Numbered from the stretch's first letter, positions 16,033-30,570 are shown. The stretch is DNA of 61,850 nt from Bigelowiella natans CCMP2755 (GCA_000320545.1 ADNK01001575.1:1-61850), one strand, 5' to 3'. The notes: generated by a model not told the origin, from the letters alone. A program made the numbers and translations.

Positions 16033-17318
16033 TCACTTACCAGTCCATATATTCGTTCTTCGTCTCCGCATTTCCACCAAAGCTCGCTTGCATGCTAGTA
16101 TCGCTTGAAATCTTGGCTTTGAGTAACTCGTCTTTTCTGTGCTGAGAGCTGTCGATTTTCCCGGAGGAACCCGCTTTCGGAATCGCGCTTGTCCTGACAT
16201 TGTTAGGAGATTCATCCGGTCATGTATATAACTTCCCTCTTCAAACTGACGAACTTTTGTTAGATTTTGGCCCAGAGAGGTCCATCTAAGCTGTAATCGC
16301 CTCGTATTTTTGGGTGTATTTTATGTGATTATCGTGTCTTAGTAAAGGCAGCAGCTTATATTCAGATTAAAAATCAAGCGTGAGTGCATAAATGAACTGA
16401 TTGCGTTTCAGCATATAGTTCGTTGATTCCGCCGTTTTGTTTATTCATTGGCATTGGCGTTGTTTCTCTCGAGGACGTCAGCGCCAAGCCGAGAATTCAA
16501 TTTCAATATGAAATGTTGTCCTCTGGCAAGTCCTAGTTTCCTATCTAATTTTGGCATTCTGGCAAAAGGGTGAGTGCGTACTTATTTAGCTGTTCGTTGC
16601 TTGGAGTTTCGGATTTCGAGTCGTAAAATGCTCGTCGCACAGCCGCTAGTGTTCCCATTCTAGTTTGATTCAAGTATTGTGTGTGTGCGTGCGTGTGTGT
16701 GTGTGTGTGTACGCATTCAAAAATCAAAATAAGATATAATTATGACAAATATTAGCAATTTTTATTTTTCACTGAAATTTAACGCCATATACCGGTCTCT
16801 AGCCCCGTTATTTGTATTTGCGTCCTTAACTTCTTCTCTTCTCTCCACCTTAGTCGCATTTAGAAATTCGTTTATTTTCAATCGAACTTTGGTAAAGCAA
16901 TCCAATGTTTTCCCGATTAATAACATTTCAGGAGTTCTGGTGGAACTTAAAAATTGGGGAATCCCGTCGAGCAAACGGAAGGGCGTGTATTGCAATTTTT
17001 GGCTATGGCTAAGAGCTTTATGATATCAAGATTACGATTTTAGTATATGTCTTGCCTCTCAAGTATATTTGTCTGTTGCATATCGAATCAAAGTCAACAT
17101 CATTGATATTGTCACCAGATCAATCCCCCAAGTCGATAAGGTGAATTCTCCTCCTCCTGTCGAGAGGAAAGAACCGTAATAAGCCATCAGTATTTTGGAC
17201 AAGCCCAGTGTAGACTAATAGCTCGTGAGAAAGGAAAAACGGGGGTAGGTTGTGAAGAGAAAGTGAAAAAACCACGAACCGATATCATGCGCATAGTCAG
17301 CGTCACGATCCTCTTCAT
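16033..17318 (-). CDS. Multi-exon gene of unknown function
   Basis: Coding-like exons with GT/AG boundaries (for example 16795-17005 LQYTPFRLLDGIPQFLSS...); no recognised domain. Confidence 0.3.
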
Positions 17319-17699
17319 CTGTCTCTACTTCCTACTCATGGGAGAGGGCCAAAGTGAGAACTCCATCCGCGTTTCAACGTTAGTTGCGAGCATACGTGCA
17401 CGTGTACGTGCCTCTGGGGCTGCTGCACGCATTCATAATTTTATGGAATCGGTAGGAAGGTAACCTGCCGAGCGTCGGTTGAAAATATCGTGTTCTCCAG
17501 GGAAGCCATCAAGTCCTGTGTATGGCCGATGGTGTCTGCCGTTAAATGCTAGTTCGTTGTCTTTTAACCTCGTGGCATATCTACGGAAATCAATGCCCTG
17601 GCTTCCTTTCTAGTCTCTAGTCTCCTGGTCTTTATTCTAACTTACTCACTAACCCCCACCCCTCAAACCTTCTTCCTTCACACCGGCTGCTACAGATGC

Positions 17700-19010
17700 A
17701 ACTGCTCTCCCCACTCGGCCCGACCGTGTTGCTCGGAGCAACGACTCGCCTGAACAATTTGCCACGCATTCCAAGGTGCGACATGGTAAAAGGCCATGAT
17801 TTTAGCAAAATCCCGTGGCGTTTTGTGTGGTTTCCTGCCATTTCAAAAGTCATTTGTAACGATCCAATGACTCTCGGCTGCGGCCATTGCAGAGAAAACA
17901 TTAGGTGCGACAAGCACAGGATCATGATTTTTTCTAAATTTTTTTAGAGGTTTGGTTCAACAAAAAAACAAGGCTAGGTTTACAATTCGACAACAAAAGA
18001 TGCATGTCGCAGGACATGAACATCGTTTCCTGCCAAAGGACCTCATCAAACTGCTGCACTGGCTGACCATTGTTGTGTTCGCTTGTCTCCCATGTGGTTC
18101 TTGCGCATGCAGGTTTGCATCAATGCTTTGTTCATTGTTCATTGTTCATTGTTCATTGTTCATTGTCGCAATTGCTGCCATTCAATTGTGTTGCACGTCT
18201 AGACGTGTTGCTGTCGTCACTTTCTTGCGCACACTTTTCTGGCTTTTGCTGACGTCGCAATTGTGACATCGTGGCTGGGAACACCTGCGAAAACGCAGCC
18301 CAAAGTGAACAAAATTGGTTGTTTAGTTGAACGTTCACACTCTTGCTAGCTTGGCACCTGTTTCAATTGCAACAAAAAACGAAGTGAACCGAAATGGCCT
18401 GCTAGCCTGATGCACAAGACTTGTCACTTTTTCGTCCTTTCAAACCGTCCTTCTCTAACTGTGGAGCCACTTCGTGTGACTCGTTCACTCGTTCGTTCAC
18501 TGGCGGGCCACCGCGCAACTGCGATCGCACGCTGGCTACTAGGCTAGCTAGCTAGCTGGGCGCCTGTCTGCGATGATCGTCGAACGTGCAACGTTCCAGC
18601 AACAGTCGAACACATCGATGCACAACCACGCTAGCACGTCTAGACATGCCTAGATGCCATGACGCCATTGATACAATGACAGTTTGTGTAGGCAATGCTA
18701 GAATGCTAGAATGTTGGCGTGAAAACGGGGGGCACTGCTAGACTGATGGCATCTTACTAGCTAGCTAGCTAGCAGACATTGCACCATTGCATGTTCTGGC
18801 ATTCTAGCATTGCACAATGAGATCGGCGCATTGGTGTCAGCCAGTGTCAGAGTGCTAGAGTGTTTCGTCAAGTAACACACTTGAGTGCGCCACTTTGCGA
18901 TGCTGCACGCAACTCTCACGATGCGCATTGTGCGCATCACTGGCTAGCTGCGCACGTACTGCCATTTGACACAAGCTAGCAAGACACCAGCAATTCAAAT
19001 GCGTTCGCTA
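17700..19010. other. TpA-purged, CTAG-rich non-genic tract
   Basis: By eye 17951-19010 has about 22 CTAG and only about 10 other TpA; CA and TG are abundant and CpG is retained. Confidence 0.8.
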
Positions 19011-20039
19011 CACCGACACTCCGATGCAATTGATCTAAAAAAACGGGATATCTACTGCATGGCGACCACTGTCAGTGAAATTGGTACCCAACTGCAAGTC
19101 TGGGGAAATTATCTGCCCGCCAAGTGCAGATTCGTCTCGGAGTTCGATGCCTGGCGTGCCATGGTGCAGCATGCTGTCGCCACCAGTTCCACTAGCTGCG
19201 GCATCAAAGGGACCACTGAAACCGGGGAACTCGTCTTTCATGAGTATTTCAGCAAGTAGCTTCATTGCCGGCGTTCTAATAGTGTTGCAGGAAAAAACAG
19301 AGAAACACGCACGTCATCGTAGCAAATCATCGATTCAGTTTGGAAGGGGAAAATCGAAAACTAGTTTAAATATTCGTAACCTTTCCTTTAGTGTTATAAT
19401 AAATGAGCATTTTGATTTTTGACTCGAAACAATAAACATAAGATTCAACTTATCAGGTACGTGTGGTCATTTGAGAAAGCTCCTCCGACCCTCGGATCAT
19501 CGTACAGCATCTTCCGCCGTATTCTCTTGTTGCGTTTTTTTATCTCCTTGACTTCAAAGTCCTCGGTCTCGGAGTCGCTCTCCGAAGGGACGAACATCTT
19601 ATTTTTGGCACAAAACCATATCAAATCACATATTGGTTCATCAAGGCAATATTTAATCAAATCAAATCACATATTGGTTCATTAAGGCAATATTTAATAC
19701 AAGCCCGAAAACGTTGGCACCTCCGAAAAAAACATTATATAATTATAGAGATTTATATATCAGCAGCAGTTTCGAGAGATTGACTCTAATAATGAACCCT
19801 CCTCGCAACGGCACAGCGAACATTGGGAATTCAGAAGGAAAGGCATTGTCGCAAGATGAGTTCTATGAAATCTCGGAGAATATCGTATTCGTTTGCCGTA
19901 TAGATCGGAGACTTCTGTACCAATTAAAGCCCACCTCCTTGAAAGTGTGATGATTCTTATCTTCATCTCCTTGTCTTTCCCCCCCTTCCCTCTCTCTCTC
20001 TCTCTCTCTCTCTCCCTCCCTCTCTCCCTCTCTCTCACC

Positions 20040-21892
20040 ATGCTCCGTGGTTTATGATAGGAGATCAGGTCGTCACCCCCTATGATGTATGCTCGGTAGA
20101 TCTGAGCCCATTGCTGTGGGCGGTCCTCCCGGTCTAAGGATAAAGATAAGCAAACAGTTTTATGGAATCGCCGTCCTTTGCTCATAAAGGAGGCAAGCGT
20201 GTTATAAAGACCGGTGCGCATACAAGCACACACGTGCACACGTAGCAGTACCAACGACGAGATGAGCCATGTTCATGATAGCCTCGATGCCGTTGGATAC
20301 CTTTGTATTATAGCGTAATATAGGAATGTTTGACGCTATTATGGCGACGGGAGAGAACGACGCGTAGACCATAGATGCCAAATTCAACCCGAGGAATTAT
20401 TCACTTTCGGGTGCGATTAGCGCACTAGCAATTTTGTTTTCCTATAATACACTCTCCCCCTCGCCTTCTCCAACTATATGACAACTGCTACTACTACTAC
20501 TACTACTACTCCGATTACTCCTTACCCTTCCAAGAATGCAGTACTTTCCATCAAGAGGAGGTGTCGGTCCGAGAGTGATGTAAAACTGACGTTTCAATGA
20601 TAGTAGCGTGCTTATTTGGACGATGAACCACGTGCATACGACAGACTTCATACATCGGTATCAGTGTGTGGAAGATACTTCCAGCCCCTCCTTAACGTGT
20701 TCATCCTCTTTCTCTCTCTCTCTCTCTCACTCTAATTCTCTCTCCCCCAAAATAGCCGACACTAATCCGTTTAAGGAAGCACCGAAACAACTATATCAAT
20801 GCTATTATCAGCACGGCGACGTGCTGATCACTCGAATTACGCATCTTCTGAGGCAGAAGGCATCAACATGCAAACACCCACCTACCTGTGAATTGGGCTT
20901 TGAGCCGTCGTCAGACGCCATTCCTTCGGGAGAAATCGCATTTATGAGCCGCACACCAAACGCGCACGCACACGCCGCCGCGATTCGAAATGCATCATCC
21001 CCAGCCCTGCTTGAAACTACTCTTTACTAGGTAGCTCTAATGCCAGTCGCTGCCAAGACACGTACCGATGATTCCAGGGCCTGTGTGGCGCAGCTTAGGC
21101 TGGACCTCGTTGGGTATTCGCAAACCTTTTTGTTATGACGTGCAGTGACTAGTTAGTTGCAGATATGTGTCTATGCTCACACTCCCCGCCCTGTTTGCTT
21201 GTGGGTCCCACATATGCATAGAGCAGATCAAAAACACGCACACACGCACACACACACACACTCACACACACACACACACACACACGCATATGCACATGCA
21301 TAAACAGCGATGGCTATTCTGAATAAAAAGAGTAGAAAACGACAAATGCACGACGAAGAACGACCTCTCAGTCTCCCCCCCTCTCCAGTGCCTGTGGGGT
21401 CCCCTCCCTTTTCGGATTTAATTTTACTCAATTTCGTATAAACATCCAAAGAGAGTTGCGTTGGGAGAATTCGAAACAATGTTCAGCATCTCGCGTCGGC
21501 AGCACGGCATCGCAAGAAAGTAGGTCATTCGGTAGTATTCGGTATGGTTTTTCGTTCTTACGATGTGCTTCTAACAGCAGCTACCTGGATGAGCCAATTG
21601 TGAATCTGATATGATACGAGGAATTGTTTGTGAAACAATGAACAAGACAATTAGAAGAGTGGTCAAATTTATTTCACACAGCAGCAGCATCTCCACTTCT
21701 CTCTCTCTTTCGCTCGCTCGCTCTCTTCCCTCACCCCTCCCCCCCCCCCTTATCGTTTGGGGTATATATACTCTCCTTATTCTACGATATACTGTCGCAC
21801 CTTCCGATGAAACATCAACCCGTCATAGAACCCTGCACGAACCTGCAAATTCACTCATATCACGACCCAAAATACTATACACAGATATTACA

Positions 21893-21933
<41 letters not shown>

Positions 21934-21941
21934 CCATAATG

Positions 21942-21982
<41 letters not shown>

Positions 21983-22061
21983 ATATATCTGACATCTATC
22001 AAGCGGATACTAACGACCTACGTCTACTTCTTTCACACAGAACTACTACTGCAACTACAAG

Positions 22062-22094
<33 letters not shown>

Positions 22095-22188
22095 CAGCGA
22101 AGCGAATACGTGAATACTTGCAGGAGCATAGCTGTAGTAGAGCTCCACGTCAAACGTCCCCTTGGTTGACACAACACGCACACACGCA

Positions 22189-22228
<40 letters not shown>

Positions 22229-22600
22229 AATGGAAAGGGGGGTTCAATACAGGCTGAGAGGTGAAAAACGACTGTATTAGCAAAGTCCTACAAGGCTAGT
22301 ATGCTTCACATATCATCCCGGTCTAACACAATAAATAGAGTCATATGCACATGATACGCACAGCTCAGATGCTGCAGCGAAGAACTCGCCATTAGTAAAA
22401 AGCAAAGCCATTCGAATTCACGCATTGTAGCAAACAATCGCACAATGGCAGCACAACGAGGGGCATGAAGCTGTTACGACTAGAATCAATTATCTAAGTC
22501 ACTTCTACACTACTCACCAGCGAGGTCTCGAAACGTAAGTCCACCATCCGTATGCCCCTTGCCACACGCCCCCCCCTCATCTCGTCGTCTTCATCCAAAT
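20040..22600 (-). CDS. Cyclophilin-type peptidyl-prolyl isomerase domain in many short exons; charged exons up to about 26.1 kb probably form its N-terminal extension
   Basis: Exons LRFETSL / GTFDVELYYSYAP / GFYDGLMFHR / GGDPTGTGEGG / MASDDGSKPNSQ / FYITLGPTPPLDGKYCILGR / VSNGIEAIMNM / DREDRP follow the cyclophilin consensus in order. Confidence 0.8.
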
Positions 22601-22613
22601 CTGTTTGCGCGCG

Positions 22614-22697
<84 letters not shown>

Positions 22698-23700
22698 GAT
22701 GTATGTGCGTTTTTTATTTTTTAAGTGTGTTGTTTTCTCGTAATTTGAGTAACAGTACCATTTCGTATGATATTTCCATCCCCCCCCCCTCCCCCTCCAG
22801 CTTCAGCTGCCAAGTGCCGCTCTTCGTGCATCGCTATTTCTTGCAGTCTTTTTTCCTACGTTTGAAGGCAAAAGCATATCAGATCCAGGTCGCATTTGTA
22901 TGCGAAATCAACAGCCCCCTCCCCCCCCAAGGGAAACATTTCGGCATGTCATCACACATCATAAAAATCATTATCAGTCATCACAGCACCTCTCTCTGTC
23001 GCCGCTCATCCTCATCAATCTTTTGCAAGTCCTGGTATGTTAGCAGAAGGAGGATGAGGAGATTACGAGTGTATTGGATACGAAGAAGGAAGGAAGGAAA
23101 AGCAACGACGGGGCTGCATGATCCAATAGCTCTCCGATTCTATTTTTGACCATTTTTACGAATCGAATAAGCAAACAGAAAACCAGAAGGAGGCGCTATG
23201 GGAGAGGAAGCAGCCTAGACATTTCCAATCGATATAGTTGCAGTGGTGATAGTAGTAATAGTGCTGATACTAATAGTAATAGTAGCAGTAATAGTAGTAG
23301 TATCACTAGTAGTATTAGAAATAGTGGAATTATCAGTGGCAATCAATATACCAGTAGGAGTTTGAAATGGGGTGACGCGACAGGGGCCGGATGCTCCTCC
23401 AGCCATTTCACCTTCTCCTCCTCACTTTATGTACATATATTCATTTAACGTCATAACAACAACAACGACAACGATAACGACAACAATAACAACAATACCA
23501 ACAGTTGTAGAGTAACAACGAATTAAACGAAATCGTATTCAAATAGAAAGCGCAATATTTGTCCAGCTACACACCCCGTACGCTCTCTGTGGTGATACGC
23601 GGCGTATTTTCATGCGATCCCAAATAAGTAAAAGTAAGGTAGCCATTATCACCAGTATTCGATATTAAATGCAGCATTTTTATGGCTGCTGCTGTCCTAC

Positions 23701-23765
<65 letters not shown>

Positions 23766-24103
23766 ATATGTAGATATTATATGCCCTTCTAATTAAATTG
23801 ACCTGAGGTTGGGCGGTGGCACGGGTGGGAGGATGAATTCTTCAGGCGTATTTGGATTGAAGCTGCGGCCTACGATGCCTTGATAACACGCACAAACGCA
23901 AACACACAAACAAAGTAAGGAAAAATAAGATAAAGAAGAGAGCAGGCGAGGGGGGGGCGTGGGGGAGGGGGGGGTATAACTTCTACCGGAGTTCATTGCT
24001 ACCTATATCATCCGAGTCTATTTCATCTCGAGGCAAATTAAACCTGTGATTGTGCTGAAATTCAACCTCAATCCCCATACTTGCTTTATACCCCCCCCCC
24101 CCC

Positions 24104-24147
<44 letters not shown>

Positions 24148-24800
24148 CTTCTACCTCTTCCTGCTCTACCAACACACCTTTACACGCTCATACACATATA
24201 CGCAACAGGCACAGCCAACCATGCCATTAGGCAATCCAACACGGGTATGCATGCAGAAGAATGGGATGCGAAATCTCTCCTCCATGACTGACTTTTCTTC
24301 CTCTTCAACGCCATAAGCGATGGCCTTGAGCTTCTCCCTTCTTTCATGTCGCTCGCGTAGGAACTCGGCCCTCTTTTTGGCCTCCGCAAATTGCCCAATG
24401 TTCATGAGGCTGTCATCGTTCTCAATTGCCTTCTCTAACGTCTCTAAGTCCGCTGTTTGTTTTTGACACACGAATATATGTGCGGGAGGAGGGGGGGGAA
24501 AGCATAAGAGGTCCTTAGAGGGGGAAACAATATGACCGGTAATTCTGAACTACTACTACGATACGCAGTAACTGCGCTGGGATGTTGGTAATTCGCTTCT
24601 TCTGGTCTTGTTGGCAGATGACAAATGGTGGTAGATGAAGTCGTGATAAATTCACCAAATAAATCAAGAAAGAAGTTGCTCTACAACAACTACATATGTG
24701 CTTCTTGCTACGAAAACCATATATCGTGTTGTTATTGTATAGTTTCGAGGTTTTCATTCAGTAGATGCTCATGTAAAGTTAACTAGGAGGCTGCTCGCGC

Positions 24801-24831
<31 letters not shown>

Positions 24832-24839
24832 TATATGTG

Positions 24840-24883
<44 letters not shown>

Positions 24884-27800
24884 GATTCGAAACACACTTA
24901 GAACCGTTTTCAATATCGAGACCGTATTTCTCCTCGTTCGCTACTTTTATGGAAAGTTCTTTTAGCTTCGCATCCTCTTCTTCTGCTGTCAGTAGCCGTG
25001 GTTTTGGCAAGAATTTGCGTTTTTGCTGCAAGTCCAAAACCGAGCTTTCAACGCGCGCTTTTTCCTAGAAACGATGTACGATGTATGTGTTATTTGTAGA
25101 TGTAATCGTCAGCCGCATTAGGAGAGCCACGCGGAATGCAAGCTTCGCGTAACTTTATATAGAACACTTCACAGACGAAAGGCAACTTGCTGTGCGAGCA
25201 CGGTCACAGAATATCGCGTAATTAATAGCAGCAGTAACTAATCTCGTGCTTTCTTACATTGCTAAACTCTCTGCAGCAATATCAAACTTATCAGCATTGA
25301 TTGCATCCTCGTCTTCTTGTCACCTGTTGGCGTTGCAGCTCAGCAGAAACAGCCTGAGTCTCTACCTGCCTCATCGCCCGACGGACCGTGTTAGGGTCAA
25401 AACGTGAATAATCAAGCCTAATCCCAACAACCAAAGTAAGCTTCATTTGATCGTTATCGTCCTCAAGCCTCACTTTAAGAAAAGAACCCCCAATGACCGA
25501 AGAAGTTCAAAGGAACGCCCTTCATTTCACGAATGAGTTTGGGAAGGGAGCAATAATCGAATTTGGGTGGCAGCCTGGTATTTTCAAAATCTCGAATGGA
25601 ACAACTATTTTAAATCATAGAAAACAGAACATAGAAAGTAGAAAGTACTGGTGCCTTTGCACTCCTTACAGCAGTAATAGTAGTAGTAGTAGTAGTAGTA
25701 GTAGTGAGTAGAGTAGTTATATCGTAAGACTCCCACGGTACACGCCGTTGCAGCTACTGCTCCAATACGATCAAAACAAATCATCTCCACGGTACCGTCG
25801 CCGTTTTGAGCCTATTTGAGCGTCAGGTATATCGAAGAGGTCTCGTTTGCGGCCAAAAGAGTCATCGTAGGTGCGATCCATCTAAGACGATTCAAACAAG
25901 TCTGCTCAAATCCCTGTGGGGGGAGGGGGGGGCTGGGGAGTGAATGAACTGTGTCTCAAGCTGTTGTATTATCGTAGTGTATATAGCTGGCAGTGAAGTT
26001 TACGTCGTTGATAGGCCGGTCTTGGGTGATAAAGTGATCCATTAGCTGATTAGGGTTCATCCCCCCTGTCCCGAAATCGCCAGTGTCTGCCATTCCTGTG
26101 TTAAATAAATAAAATGTTGTAGACAAATACTCCAATTCCTTATTCAGTCGGATCCATTGCCAATGACCATTTCATGGGATGGGAAGCATAGTACATTCAG
26201 TGGTACACTGCCCCTTTCCGCGAACTATTATTTTCTCCAAATGCTAGGATGTATGTGCGTTTATTGAAGGTGCACACCCCCTCGGATGCGGAAAAATATT
26301 CGCCTTCTCGCCCTCCTTGGCTGGACATCAAGCCCGCCCCGCCCCGGTAGAGACGATTTTCTCCAGACGTTTTGCCGGTCCCCAGCTCTCGTAGCAACCT
26401 GAGTGCATCATCGTTATTTCTTCAACATAGAGATTTCTGAACATTGTACACCTTTTCCGCATTGAAGGAGGGAGAAAAAGCCCCGAATACCTATTAAATA
26501 ACAATGAAAGGTGTTTGGTGACGCTGCATATGCAGCATTTGGCTGGATTCTCACCATCGCTACTAGCGGAAGCAGGAAGGGAGAGGTGCCCTCCATCGTA
26601 AGATCATCTGGGATATAGTATCAACATAATGAGTTCAATTTAGGATATTTTCTGCATAAATAATCTTACTTTTCAAATAAACGACATGTATTTCTCAATG
26701 TATTAGAAATTTAGCCATCTTCTCATAGACTCTCAAGTTTCCAATGGTAGTTTCAAGGATAAAAAAATTACCAGAACATAAAGGCCATTGGAAAACTGTT
26801 GCTGGTTTTTATCCTGACGCAGACTCTACTTCTCCAACCGTTTCTAATTAAAAAAATAGAATTAAATTATAACTTACGACATATATTTATCAGAATTTTC
26901 CTAATCGAAGTTGGTAAATAAAAGTTCCTCGTAGATCTATATCTCGTGGATTTAAATCTACATGTAAATGAATACATGCGACATGTACATGAAGACAAGA
27001 AATGTTAAAAACGAATCTTTCATGTCCGTGTTTCGGTCATTTCTCCGTATTCACCATTGCAATATTAAGGATTTTTCTCGTATTCTGGTAAATAGGAGCG
27101 GCGGAAAGTGCGACTACGTTGTCGATGCGTCTTCTCTTAATTTTTCAGAATTGTTATATTCTAAATATGAGAAACAGGAATGACATAAAAGAAGAAGAAT
27201 TTTTTAATGAATTGAAATTACGACTCGAAAAAGTAAATGAATTCAAACAATTTTAGCCTTGATCTGTTATACTCAATAAACTATTTCATATATTCATATT
27301 CTGATATCCACAAATCAGAAAATATTTTGAAAAAGTAAAACGTACTTCTTTTTCCTTTTTAAGAGCGCTCAGAGTCCAAATTAAGGCATAACGAGGGGGA
27401 AACAGGTAATAAAACTTAGGCCAAATAACGTGTTATAAATCTTTGTCGCTCTCTAATAGTTGCCTACATTCTCGTCTTGTTAATGAAACCCCCTTCATCA
27501 TTGAACACCCACGAGAAAAGTTTCCGCTCCATCCCCAATTTTTACAGCGCTTCCCCCTCTGGTAACTGCGTGAATCCCAGCGTCAAGGGGAATTCGTTTC
27601 GTTAGGGAATCAGAGGATTATATTAATATGTTGGGTTTCTAAGTCTGCATTGCGTTAATCGAAGTTGCCTTAATGTAGTACTGCAACATTACAGAGTGTA
27701 AACGACTTCTCTGAGGGAAAGGGTTTTAAATCAATAGCCGGGAGATTCCGGGCAAATACAAGCGATACGGAATGCAAACACAGCAGAATATTGTCCAAAA

Positions 27801-28253
27801 TCACTTCAAATCGCAGGTGGTTCAACACTGCTTCCTTCTTCTATTAAAATCATTCCATCATTCCATCTGGTGTAATCATTTCGATCAGTCCAGAAATACT
27901 TCAGGGCAATAAAATGGCATTCTCAATGAAACAGTGCATGTTTTCCTTTTCCTCAGAACGACGAAAGGCAAAATTTCATGAACTTTGATTTCAACGTCGG
28001 CATGGCTGACCTGGTTACCACCTCGATTTCCAACCTTAAAAAAAATCAACAGCGAAGACTTTCATTACTTGATCGTTTCCATGTTTAGATTGGAATTTTA
28101 GCACCAATTTTTAGTAAGATACACCACACGACCATGGTTCCAGCCATATTTTCGTCAAACGCAGCGGTGTCCTGTCACTACTCCTGGCCTTCTGCTAAAC
28201 AACGGCTTCGCCCCTTTCGCACCCCTCTTCCCACTTTCTACATTACTCTTTAG

Positions 28254-29295
28254 ACTGAGGTCAGGCCTCGATGCAGCCGCTCGATGGACTTCGTGGCACT
28301 ACATAAAAAGCAGTTGAATCACAACGAATCTGATAAGATCGTTGCTCAGAGAACGAAAGAGAGAGCTAACCTGAAGCGTAGTATTGGGGCGCAGGTACTA
28401 GTATGCAAAATATATCGGAACATGATAATATATTGACGAATCATACGCGTTGAAATTTCCTCTTCCTCCCCTACTTTCGTGACAATTTAAAGGTCGCTCA
28501 AATGATGTCTTGGGGGGACGAGATTCTTGCCCACCTCATCCGCACCACCGTCCAAAAAGTCATGCCTGAAAACTAGAAACGACGGCAAAGATGAAAAACA
28601 GGTCAGAATCGTTTATTCCTCAAGTCTGAACACATTCCAGAGGTTTGAGTTTCTCTCTCCTCCCATCAAACGTGCTTCTTCTACGTCCACAAAAACTAAA
28701 ATGACACAATGAGAGGGATGAGTATCTGCGGAAAATGTCGTAACAACGCTTCCAGAGAGTTGAAGTGATGAGGGAACTCAAATTCACGGAAATAGGACAG
28801 TTATTGAAAATACGTATGATTGTTGTCTTTAAACTGATGCAAAAACCATCACCACCGGTGTCTTCGATTAAATTCCGGGAGTGGGGGGGATTTTGAATAG
28901 AGTAATACGTATGTATCATTATGACTAATACTTCTATTGTCAACTATCTATATCCTTAGAACCAAGGTAAACATACAGGAGTGAGCTTTAAAGATGACGA
29001 CAAGTCAGCGAGTAGCAGCTCCAGAGAAAATAATGAGGGGACCACAGGAACGCCCATAAAACAACCTCTAAACGTAGACGAGAAGTCAGAAAATTCGTGC
29101 ACTCCACGCACTATGTTTGGACGTCGTGGAAGGCCTATAAGTAGGTTAAAGAGCGCCATATCGTGTCCTGCAATAAATCGCAATGCCAACAAGGCATCGT
29201 TTGCCTTCAACGGTGGGGGCCTTGGGTTCGCCAACATAACAGATCAAGAGATCATGGAGGTAAAGACGGATGGCACGTCGCATGTCGCCTCGTAG
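28254..29295 (+). CDS. Spliced basic, Ser/Thr-rich protein with a NuSAP/Mink-like motif (partial model)
   Basis: Exon 28254-28394 (AG...GT bounded, 47 codons) encodes MDFVALHKKQLNHNESDKIVAQRTKERA; further low-complexity exons follow. Confidence 0.4.
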
Positions 29296-30289
29296 TCAAG
29301 TCTGGCTGCCATTGGAGTAGCAGAAGATGATTGCAACAATAGAGAAAGCACGTTTGACGAACTTGGAAAGCTATTTTTTTTTTAATTCAAGAGAACAGAA
29401 AATATTTAAAAAAGACAGAGAAATGTACCTACGTACTAAAGGCTAGATAACCCCCCCTCCCGACCCCACCCATGGTAGCCATCCCAACCTCAATCACGCT
29501 CCATTAATCGAGAGAACTCTTCTAAAATAAAGCATTAAACACAGATAGCGTAATATGAGAGAATATGGAAAAAAACTTTCCAGTGACAATACCATCATAT
29601 GAAATGGCGCTTACAACATTGGTCATTAGCGACCCCTCCCCCCCCTCCAAATTTCTTCTCCATTCCTGTCCTTTCCTTTTTGATGATGCCCGTATTCTTT
29701 CAATGGGGCTTTACATCTTTAATTCAAGATAAAAGTGTATCCGAGAAGAGCATTGAATTGTTCAACAGCTCCTGCATACTCAAGTTTTTAATGAAGAACG
29801 GAAAGAAGGACGGATTTGAATGAGTGACAGATATAGAGCATTGTTACACTCATCTCAGTTATTAAAACGAGTACTGGGGAGAAGAAAGTAGTGTGATATC
29901 GAAATATACCACAGATTTTCCCGTCGTCAGTTAAAGTTCTGACTTAGAGGAATTGACAGCCATCGATACAGTACAGGTAACTGTTTATCGTCTGAATTCT
30001 GTGTTCAAGGCGATGTAGGCCGTCTTATGGGAAGTTTTACATTCTTTCCACAACTTCTACCCGCCCTTGCGCGAACCCACAATCACAAAGATTTGCAGGA
30101 CATCTGCAGACTTTGATGAGTGATACATAGACATCTGTACTGTAATATATCATTTATTAGTGCCACATTCTTAGCATTGTATTAAAAAGATGCAGAGCAT
30201 GCTAAGAGTGCATGATGCTGTGCGCAGAAAGCATTTGATGTAAGGTCGTTCTTTATGCTAGCATAGCAATGTGCTAATGTAAATACATA

Positions 30290-30560
30290 GCAGACACTAG
30301 GACATGCAGATGTGGCCATGCACACTGTCATCATGTGTGATTAAAATGTGTGCTGCACTTCGCATGGCTAGCTTGTAAGCTAGCTAGACACAGACGAATG
30401 CAAGCAACACATGAGGGAAATGAATTCGATCTGATGCTAGAGCTAGCTAGCTCGCACATGCTGGTGTGGGCAGTGCTAGAGTGCTAGCTAGCTAGAGTGG
30501 CATGCTAGCATGACACTTTCTTCCTGTCATTCACTCTGATGACTGATCGATCGATTTTCT
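30290..30560. other. TpA-purged, CTAG-rich tract flanking the retrotransposon insertion
   Basis: Nearly all TpA are in CTAG (gctagctagc runs); about 2 other TpA by eye. Confidence 0.75.
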
Positions 30561-30570
30561 TTCTACGTAC

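Larger units (their letters stand above)
2430..26000. repeat. Dense intronic microsatellites (CA)n, (TA)n, (GA)n, (TAG)n and G/C homopolymers; also at 45-52 kb
   Basis: Directly visible, often compound, for example (CA)n(TA)n at 4663-4721 and 10894-10957. Confidence 0.95.

Noticed and set aside
19035-19660. Small spliced gene on the minus strand
   Set aside because: The exon-like pieces are plausible, but there is no recognisable domain or reliable splice model.
2260-26000. Many ORFs containing HTHTHT, CVCVCV, YIYIYI or RERERE
   Set aside because: These are translations of intronic microsatellites.
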